From: Octopus sinensis
Lineage: Eukaryota
Reading direction: 5' to 3'
Length of the DNA: 64,000 nt
NCBI RefSeq assembly: GCF_006345805.1
Contig: NC_043010.1
Span: 39,246,001-39,310,000 of the forward strand
The notes beneath the pieces are model-generated. The model searched no databases and was not told the origin of the DNA. It saw only the letters and a program-made list of their open reading frames with translations. Each line of letters begins with the position of its first letter. The first letter of the stretch is position 1. A program made the position numbers and the translations under genes. Below are positions 54,441 through 64,000 of the stretch, piece by piece.

Positions 54441-55017
54441 TTCTACACTAGGCACAAGGCCCAAAATTTTGGGGGAAGGGGTCAGTCGATTAGATCGACC
54501 CCAATACGCAAACGGTACTTAATCTATCGAGGACTAGTTGATGAAATGCAAATTCGACCTCGACGGAATTTGAACTCATAACGTAAAGACAGACGAAATA
54601 CCTATTTCTTTACTACCCACAAGGGGTTAAACACAGAGGGCACAAACAAGGACAGACAAACGGACATAGTCGATTATATTGACCGCAGTGCGTAAGTGGT
54701 ACTTATTTAATCGATCCCGAAAGAATGAAAGGCAAAGTCGACCTCGGCGGAATTTGAACTCAGAACGTAAAGACAGACGAAATACCTATTTCTTTACTCC
54801 CCACAAAGGGCTAAAAACAGAGAGCACAAACAAGGACAGACAAACGGATTTAGTCGATTATATTGACCCCAGTGCGTAACTGGCACTTAATTTTATCGAC
54901 CCCGAAGGATGAAAGGCAAAGTCGACCTCGACGGAATTTGAACTGAGAACGTAACGGCTGACTAAATACCGCTCAGCATTTCACCCGTCGTACTAACGTT
55001 TCTGCCAGCTCGCCGCC
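54441..55017 (-). mobile_element. SINE family B, head plus three units
   Basis: CACAA(A/G)GG at 54618 and 54802, 184 bp apart. The terminal unit has the alternative CTAGGCACAAGGCCC end. Confidence 0.92.
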
Positions 55018-55646
55018 TTGGCGACTAGGCTGGGGTATATATCACCTTATTAAATATCTTACTCTGTTAAATTCTAGATGAAGCTGCACCTAATATTTCA
55101 CCTGATCATTAGTTGTAGTTCGATTGGGAACCTTCCAGATTAAAACAGGTAACAACAACAAAATCAATGATAGTAAGAATAACACAACCAAAAGAACAGA
55201 AGTTATGCTATCAAGTGGGCTCATAGGAGTGGGCTCATAAGTGTCCCCTGTGGTTGAAAGTTTGATTCCACTTTGTGGCACATTCAGCCGGTGATTCGTA
55301 GCATGACTAGAGATTTGTCAGGTGAGTGTAATTGACAGAAATACTATTTAGAGGACTGCCAGGTATCTTTTTGTCTGCATGTATGTATGTATGTATGTAT
55401 GTATATATGTATGTATGTATGTATGCGTGAATGCATGTATACATGTATGAATGTATATATGTTCAGTTTTATTTCAAGATGCCTTGCCACTAGAGGAGCT
55501 GATTTCTAACCTAGATCCAAAGGTACTTCATTGGAATTTCAACAACATCAATAAGGTATTTTCTTATGTATGTGCAGATTTATGGAGATTTAGTTTATGT
55601 ACGTATTGTAAACAAATCAATGTTCAATTCATAAGTTCAAAAAAGA

Positions 55647-56080
55647 GGATCTTTTCGGTTTGAACGGCAGTTTTTTAACATAATTTCAAGCTAACTAAAA
55701 AAATGTTAAACTTCGTACACTGGTAGAATGTGTTTATAAAACATCTTTTTCTCTTGGCTTTATTGAGAAAATTCTATAGTTTGTGAGATATTTGTTGTTT
55801 TTTTCTTCAATTTCTGCAATGTCAACCAATCACTGACGTCTACTGAGGTAAATAACATTCCGTGCCGTATGAATATGTCCCGCGTTTAAGAAACGGATTG
55901 GGTTTATTTACATTTGTAAAGAAAAAAAGATACCCTTCCCCCCACCTCTAACCCTAACCCTCACCCTAACTAACCCTAACCCTAACCCTAAAACAGATAG
56001 ATCGATACTAGGGTCATAATTATGGATCACAATTTCATATGACACCGCTAGAAAAACTGCCGTTCAAACGGAAAAGATCC
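55647..56080. mobile_element. 434-bp MITE with 29-bp TIRs and internal (CCCTAA)n
   Basis: GGATCTTTTCGGTTTGAACGGCAGTTTTT (55647-55675) versus 56052-56080, one mismatch. Telomere-type hexamers at about 55948-55992. No clear TSD. Confidence 0.85.
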
Positions 56081-56504
56081 AACAAAGGTATGTGTAGTTT
56101 CGGTTTTGTTCTATAACTACAGCTAGAAAGAATCCGTTCCCCTGTTCTGCTCTTGTTTTCGTTCTGTTCCTCAGTTGTGTTGTTGACGTTGTGTTCAACC
56201 ATGTTGTTTGTAGCAACTCGCTGCATAGTATATTCAAGTTTCAGTTGAAAATAACTACGATCATGAATTAAAATTCTCCGTGAGTTAATTCATCTCAAGA
56301 TTAACTAGTTATTTAATTGGGCTGATAGTTGTAGCTTCAAAATTGGAGAGGGTATTAATAATATGTTCGATAAATAGACACCAACGTTATATACACGACT
56401 TGTCGCGTCGAGTGTTTGTGTTGTACATGTGTGTGCGTGTGTGTGTCTGTATGTGTGTGTTACGTCAGGTCGCTCTCGGGGGCTGCTGGTAACATGTAAT
56501 CCGC

Positions 56505-56573
<69 letters not shown>

Positions 56574-58094
56574 ATGTATATACGTTTATATACATATGTA
56601 TATATGTATATATACATATAAAACTGCTTGTTGTTCATGCACCTGTTTTGTCTTTTGTTTTCCTGTAAATTTCAACTGCACACACACATACACAAATATA
56701 TACACACACACAAACACACACACAGACACACACACAAACACCCGCATATATATGCGCTTGCGTGCGCGTTTGAACTTCCGTTATCTAGGCAAAAACATGA
56801 AAAATCGAAACGAATTCAGTGTCAGTTTAATACCTCAGTTAACTATCTCCCCTAACATCAGCGTTCTCCTTCCGTTTTGAGTTGATATGATTGACTAAAT
56901 CTCTTTAACTCGTTTCTTTAACTACGAAGCGGTTAAGGTACTGAAAGCAGCTAAATGTTAGTGACCCTTGTAGAACGTATTATCGGAACAAAATAGCAAA
57001 ATAAGATGTTGAATTAGTTGTGATATTATTAGACAAGTTAAAGCGTCAAGTAAATTCAAGACATTTATAAAGATCTGAATGAAATTTCAATAAGAAAATA
57101 TAATACAACTACATCCAAGTTGACTTACGAGAAAAATTTGGCAAATAAATTTAAAAGCAACAGCAAAGCAACCAAAATAGTAACAAGATAAATATAATTG
57201 GGCTCTTTGTGGAGAAGAGAAACAGGATAATTTAATGTTCTCTCAAGATTAGACTCCATTGAAAAAAAAAAAGAGGAAAAAGTTGTTAGTGAAATATATT
57301 AATGTTAATTTCAATAAAACGTTATTGTGCTTCACCACGCAGCTTTACTAAAATCGACATTGTTTTTCGCTTCAAAATTATTTTCAATTTTTTTCTCTTC
57401 TCTGCTCTTCATGGAGAATCACTACCCAGCACTTTGAATACCTCACCTATCGATTCTCTACAGCGTAATTACATTAACCTTAGACTCTTCTTCGTTATTT
57501 AGCTGATTTTCATATTTTTTTTTATTTTGCTTTATTTTTCCATTCTATGACTCTGCTTTCATAAATTTCTATTAATCTACTTTTTTTACTAATTTATTAA
57601 AATTTTTGTGATGTCGTAGAATTGTTTTAACGCTTTCACCCTCCAAATAATATCACTAGAATATCCATAATTACTACTAACTCTTCTGTTAATCCACGTC
57701 TGAATCTTTATTATTCGCTTAATGATTTCAGTTGTTGGATTGTTGGTAGCTGATGCGGCTCCTTGAAGCATTTTAGTCTGTGCTCCTCAACCTACTCCTT
57801 TACATGCTACCTATCTAATTGTCCCCTGAAAATATTAAATACAGTCATGATCTTTGAATAGATAATTCAGTCGTGTTATGTATACATTCATTTATCTTTA
57901 TTCTTTCTGTTGTCTTTTTCTCTCTCGTGACTTAGAAATTCCATTTACATTCAGACAGCCGAGATAACTCATATATATATATATAAAAATTAACAATTGA
58001 GGATAAGATCTTTAAAAGAAATTATCAGTAGTCAGCGTGAAAAACCTCGTAAGAGAAAAAATCCTTAAATTCTTCCTCTTTGAAAATATTCATT

Positions 58095-58392
58095 TATATT
58101 ATATTGAGGGTACTACTATTCGTAGATACTACATGCTACGACGAATTCTACGGTTGGCTATCGAGTTTGTAATGTTATGTTTTTTCTTATATTTCTTGAG
58201 TTTGTTGCACTGACGAACATGAAATGCATATTCTGCATTAAATGCGAAATCACATGTGATATGTAACTGAATTCTTTTTTAAAATTATGTGTTTTGAAGT
58301 TTTGCATTCGGTAAAATTTTGTTTATTTTTAGTAGTTTTGACCGCATTGGTCCCTCTTAGCGTGTTGGTATCTACGAATAGTAGTACCCTCA

Positions 58393-58402
<10 letters not shown>
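58095..58402. mobile_element. 308-bp element with perfect 35-bp inverted repeats enclosing a hammerhead
   Basis: TATATTATATTGAGGGTACTACTATTCGTAGATAC at 58095-58129 and its exact reverse complement at 58368-58402, which runs into (TA)n. Confidence 0.82.
58204..58267 (+). ncRNA. type I hammerhead ribozyme
   Basis: GTTGCA-CTGACGA-A-CAT-GA-AATGCA(TATTC)TGCATT-AA-ATG-C-GAAA-TCACATGTGA-TA^TGTAAC. 6-bp stem I with one G.U, perfect 10-bp palindromic stem III, A.C at the base of stem II. Confidence 0.8.
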
Positions 58403-58465
<63 letters not shown>

Positions 58466-59706
58466 CCATAATAAAACAATCACTACAAACTATATTGTTG
58501 TTTCATTTCTGATTTTTGTATGATTGATTTTGCTTTTGAAAGTTCATTCTTATTTATTTGGTACTGTTGTTGCTGCTGAGTGTGTGTGCGTGTATATGTG
58601 TGTGTATGCTTGTGTGTTTTATAATTATTTTTATAGCTAAGTAAGGCGGTATTCTGTGAGAAACAGAAGAGTGTTAAGCAGAATAGATAGCTGAAAAGTT
58701 ACATTCTAGAATATTAGGTTTTGAGTTTAAACCTACATAAGTCATCTTTAACTTTCGTTCTTCCGGAATCGATAAAATTATGTGCCAATCTAAGGCTCTT
58801 TATTCAAAGGATTATCAGAGTATTGATCAAAACGCTTTGCTGTAATTATTCACAACACCTGTACCGACGCTGGTGTATAGATATACCGGCCCACGACTTT
58901 CCTCTGGGTATCACGGGTAAGTTACAAAGGGGAAATCTTTTACAATTACAAATACTGGCTTTCCGTTAAATGAAACAGACAATGTTAACCAAACATGCGC
59001 CCTGGAATAACTTTCCAGACTCAAATTCAGGTTACACATACTACTCTAGCCGATCTGTAAAGAATATCTGTGCTCCAGCATGGTTGCAGCTCTTGAATGG
59101 AAACTGTTTAAAGAGGTAAAGTGGATTTAATTTTTTATTAGTTATTGACATTGTTATACAGTTGATTTTGTTTCTTACATACACACATACACAAATTTCG
59201 GCAGGGTCGTCGTTGTATCAATAAGAAAGATAAACATTGGTTCCAATTCACTTCTTTTATTAAAATTAATTAACTAATTAACTATTTCACCAATCAGCCG
59301 CCAGTCGATTGTTTCATTAATTTCCACGTCATCTAATCAGCTACAGCTGTCAAAGGTCTTTCGTCTACCAACAATTGATTAATTGACCGAATGATTAATC
59401 AAATTGGATATTATAAAATTGGGTAATCAGTAAACTAGTTGACTAATTTAAAGAAGTGAAATACAATCACTTTATGTGTTAATTATTGGCACAGTGACCC
59501 TCCCGAGATACAACAAAATATATGTAGAGGCAAGCAATGAAAATCTTGATACTGCATTTATGAATTATTTTTGTAAGATTCCTGGTGTGAAATCGTCTGT
59601 TGAAACAGATATTGTTATTAACCAATAACAATAGATAGTAATAATGTGTTTTGAATGGCACAACAATGTACTATAATTACTGGTATATTTTAATCATCCA
59701 TAGTCT

Positions 59707-59748
59707 GATATAATATTTCGGAATATAAAAATTCCTTCTTCAGATATC
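59707..59748 (-). ncRNA. minimal type I hammerhead ribozyme
   Basis: GATAT-CTGAAGA-A-GGAAT(TTTTAT)ATTCC-GAAA-TA-TT^ATATC. 5-bp stems I and II. Stem III is reduced to palindromic ATAT and could form only in a dimer. Confidence 0.7.
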
Positions 59749-60429
59749 CTTAGGGATTTATCGAGTCATTGCTAAAATCGATTTTCCAACGGCCTATGTT
59801 CTATTTTTTCCTTTTCTTCCTTCTTCCTTTCTTCCCTTTTTTTCTTTCCATGGAAGAGTCTCTGCACCGGCCTCACGAAGCTCCTTCCGGAATTCCTCAT
59901 GAGAAGTGCATGAGGGTGGCTATGTCTCAGGCTCGCGTGTGCTGGGACATCCGTTGCACTGCTTTTAAGTTAAGTATTATGCATGCAGTTTCCTTTTTTC
60001 TCCTTCACTTTTCCCTTCCTTTTTTCTTTTCTCTTCCCCCTTTTTTTCATAAATGATACATGAGCATGTCATAAAGGAAACATTACACGCATCCAGATGT
60101 AGCTAGATAATATATTGACTGCCAAGCTCCAGCCCTAGTCTGTCTATGAGAATAGCTTTGTTTAATTCTTGAATTACCCAATTTATTGATTGGCCTCAAT
60201 TGTGGCTGTTTTGCTTTTGTCGGTGTTATATTTTGGGATGGTGATATTTTGTGGTGGTGATGGTGTCAAATAAAACACACACACTACATTCGTTCTTCAC
60301 TCGTTTATTATTGTTCTTATTCCATCTTATGTCCATTGCCTGGAAATCTTTCGTCACACACTTGTGACCTCTTAGGCGACATTTCTATCTCATATGTATT
60401 TTCCCGTTCTGTTTAGTTATGACCATGCC

Positions 60430-60620
60430 GGAGCGCTAATTCAATGCGTTTGGCCGAACAAATCTACACCAATTCGCTTCTTTTTTTCTTTTTTTGTTTT
60501 TACTCTTACTTATTCTATCAGTTTGTTTTGCAGAAATAGCCACGTTACGGAGACGTAAACAAACCAACACTGGTTGCCAAGTGGTGGGAAACATACACAT
60601 AAACCTACTTATCAATACAC
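60430..60620 (-). mobile_element. SINE family A, strongly decayed 3' half
   Basis: GACCATGCCGGAGC..TACTTATTCTATCAGTTT..GACGTAAACAAACCAACA..GGTTGCCAAG. Confidence 0.6.
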
Positions 60621-60661
60621 AAACGCGCGTGCACACAAACACACAATCACACATACATATA

Positions 60662-62521
60662 CAAGGTGCATCGCAATACGGTATGCAACTCTTCTAGGAG
60701 AGGTAGTAACACCTGTCCTATATTATTGCAATTTTAGTATAATTTTCTATACATCAAATAAGCTGACCTGCCGACCTTTTATTCCAGATTGACATGGCTC
60801 TAACAACGTTTTTAAAACGATCCACACAACACTGCCTGTCGCTGCTGACTAGTTTGCAAAATATACTCTGGACGTTATGACCATGTGAAACCTTCCTCTG
60901 CCACAAAGTTTAGTATTAAAGTGGATAAAAATGCTACAGAAATGTATGGAATGACTCAAATTGCTTATGCAATAATTTGTATGCTCCCACATCTATTTCT
61001 CGCCAGCGAAAGAATTTCCAAGACGGCAAAGAAGCAATAAGAAACTCTGACGGATCTGGTTGAGAAAATTCGCAACTTTTGGAGGAATAGCGTCGTATGT
61101 CTGTAAAGACAATAAGCATACAGTCTGGAGGTGTGGTAAATGTACACAGAATTATTCATGGATCTCTAGACTTGTGTGCAAAATTAGTGAAACGGTTGTT
61201 CTTGGGGTTTAGTGTCGAACATGAATGGAACGAGTAGGCGGCAACAGAGAAATGGTTCAGCTCATTACCTTAAATCCAAGAGTACTCAAGTATCTGGTGA
61301 TCTCTAAGAAGAGCTAGATCTGTTATCACACTGAAATCAAGCCACAGAGTGCTGAATGTAAGGATCCTCGCTCACTTAGACCCAATAAGGCCACTCAAAT
61401 TAAGTCCTCGAGGAAGCTCATGAAATTTTAACAGTGAATTCTGGCAATGCATCTCACATAAGTAAATCTACTTGCACTGACTGTAAAGAGATCTTGGAGT
61501 GAATAGCAGTGATAACAAAATTTAAGACATGCACATTGATCTCCATCAAATAAATTAATGTGACTCAAGCCGTTCATATTTTATACAGTTATTGGTTGAT
61601 GCAAATATTTCAGTAATATTTTACCGTATAGCCAATCAATGACAGAAGTCAATTTATACAACACTTCCAAATCAAAATGAAGAAAGAATAAAAAGTAAAA
61701 ACATTTTACGCAGAATATTTTCCTATAAAATATCAGATGAATCTCTCAACTAATTCGCAAACAAAAGAGAATAAGCCGTCGAACAAATATTTAAAACTCC
61801 TAGATCACAATGCGACACACAAACACACAAAGATGCTGGTAATCAGGGTAAAGTCTCAAGTAATCAAAACAAAAATGGCAATGACGAAGACGATGATGAT
61901 GATGATGGCGATCGTGATGATATAGGCACAAGACATATGTTTGACGGGACGATGTAGTGTATAAGAACGACCCCTGCACTTGAGTAGTACTACATAGTTA
62001 TCGATCTGTATGTAAGAAGCAAAACGACTGGCATCTCCATGGCCACACAATAAACAAAAAAACAGTTTATGGAGCTTTTGAGGGAGCCCTGGAAAAGATT
62101 TTGTCACAAACGTTCAGAGTTCTTCCACTCGGGTCAGTAACGCCTACACTGGAACAATGAACCAGTTCACAGTTCCATCCTAGTAAGCAACTACTCGACA
62201 GAGGTGGGCATCAAGGCTATTTCTTGTCACCCCTACATTTCAGACATTGTTCTCTATGAATTTTTGGTTGTTTTTAAAGCTGAAACAGAAACTCAAGAGC
62301 AGCCATTTTGAAGATATTGAGAAGATGAAGGGTGCTTGTGAAAAGGATCCTGGGCACAATCGCTTTGTAGTATTTCCATGGGGCTTCACAGAATTGCTGA
62401 AGTGTTACAAGTGCATTGATGTCAGAGGATACTACTTTTGAAGACACTATAATTTTCTGCTTCTTTGAAATTAATAAATATCTCTCTTGAAAAGGTCTCA
62501 AAACTTCGAGAATGCACCTTG
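60662..62521 (+). mobile_element. old mariner relic, irritans-like, interrupted by other DNA
   Basis: KFSIKVDKNATEMYGM..NFQDGKEAI..RRMSVKTI..VHRIIH..CAKLV (about 60900-61200) and ELLREPWKRFCHKRSE..LHWNNEPVHSS..FWLFLKLKQKLKSSHFEDIE..KCIDVRGYYF (about 62070-62440). Residual TIR ACAAGGTGCAT at 60661 and 62512-62522. Confidence 0.7.
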
Positions 62522-62640
62522 TTTATGAGACAAGCTTTCTCAAAGTTTTCGTCGATTTGCACTCAAAGTAGAAGACACGTATCCAAGATGAAGAAGTGGG
62601 ACTGGAAACGAAACCATGTTGCAAGGATGCGTTTTGGTTT

Positions 62641-63425
62641 CGGTTGGTGCGTTTGCCAATCACATTTTCACGGTACTTCGAACTTTCAGATAACGAAGTG
62701 TTCTAGCTTCACATGATGTTCGTCAAACAGAGCACTTAACACAAGCACGCATATATTGTTCTATAGCCATGGCTGCGGTTATTTTTGACTTCATCGATTA
62801 TCGTTGTGGATAAAGAAGAGCAGTTCTTCTGTTTATCTTTTTCTTATGATATTCATTTTTACTGTTGTTTTTATAAACGTTAATCTTTCTCTATTGTTTT
62901 CTATTTTACAATTTCGTTTGTTCTTTTCATTGTTGAGGCTATCGTTGTTTTCTATTCATGTTTCCGTTTCGTTCTTTATATATTTTCTTCTATGAATTTA
63001 TGTCGACTTACTCTCTTTACTTCGTTTTACGTTTGTTTTGGCTTGTGGTCAGTTACATCTGAATTTTAACGACAATTGATTTTTTAAAAATGATTAATGT
63101 CGTTTATAAAATACAGTAAAGATAAACCGGAAAACAAAATAGATTTTATTTTGCGATGGGGAGTTCATTCTAGAGAAAGGTGTAGCAATGTTCAAGAGAT
63201 AAGCGTTTGTGCTTATCGTGTGTATGTGTGTGTTCGGTTGTGGGCTGAGATAAACAAAAAGGGAGAAAAGTGGAAAGTGTGAAGCTGTGGCTCTCAGGCT
63301 TTGCCGTACTTTTTGTTGCAAGGCATATGCGGTTGGTGAGTTTATCAATGACAACAGTTTCATGTTATTTCTAACTTTCAGATAACGGAGTGTTCCAGTT
63401 TCATATAATTTTCGTGAAAATAATC
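62641..63425. repeat. pair of diverged direct repeats of about 95 bp (62641-62735 and 63327-63425)
   Basis: CGGTTGGTG..AACTTTCAGATAACG(A/G)AGTGTTC(T/C)AG(C/T)TTCA is shared. Confidence 0.7.
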
Positions 63426-64000
63426 AGCATACACACATCCGGAGAAAGCCATTTGACGGTACGTTGTCAGTATCATCAGCTTCAATGCCAGTCCCTACTT
63501 TAATACAAGCTGACATAATTTAGAAGTTAGGAATTTTCAAGTTGCTGTCTATGCACCTCTTGCCAGGGACCTGCCGACTACCAGCTCCGATCCACAGAAA
63601 ACTTGCACGATAGCACACATCAGTAAATGTACAAAGAAACACATTTACAATTTATATCCTCGTAATCCAAAATTTACGGTTGCTTTGAATGCGGTTGACA
63701 ATAGCTAAAAAATAAACAACACCATTCACGAACTGGAAAAAGAGCGTTTGTCAGGGTCAGATAATATTTGGTGCATACTTTGAGAACATACTCTCCATTG
63801 GATCTGAGATTATCGATTAGTTTTTGCTAAATTATCTCCTTTAATCATTCCCTAGACTTGTATTAAAATCTCAGTATCGATACGTAATGTCTCATAGAAT
63901 TCCTAATTCTGTTCGAATGCAACCATCCGAAAGTAAACGCACTTACTATTGAAATTCATGTTAGCGCTCGACAAATCTTTATTAACGTATCGAATAATAG

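Noticed and set aside
55948-55992. True telomere or chromosome fusion site
   Set aside because: Only about six imperfect units, enclosed within a TIR element.

Overview
AT-rich, microsatellite-dense eukaryotic non-coding DNA. The repeat content suggests an octopus or other coleoid cephalopod; this is inference, not a database match. I find no host gene exon that I can support. Almost all listed ORFs are translated microsatellites or SINE sequence. The window holds four tRNA-derived SINE families (my labels A-D), three decayed mariner elements, one RTE and two R4/Dong-like LINE relics, several MITE-like elements, and large (TA)n, (CATA)n, (AAT)n and (GAA)n arrays. The main finding is five loci with type I hammerhead ribozyme (HHR) folds, unrelated in sequence outside the core. 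Three are head-to-head palindromes in or next to (TA)n with an HHR on each strand (1400-1750, 6779-7097, 30955-31085). One lies inside perfect 35-bp inverted repeats (58095-58402), and one is a minimal stand-alone motif (59707-59748). They fit Penelope-like element termini or non-autonomous ribozyme retroelements. Secondary findings: a SINE head with four exchangeable tails, 184-bp tandem amplification inside SINE B, a minisatellite that arose in a SINE tRNA head, and a 550-bp element embedded in (AAT)n. All alignments and folds were done by eye; coordinates of decayed elements are approximate.
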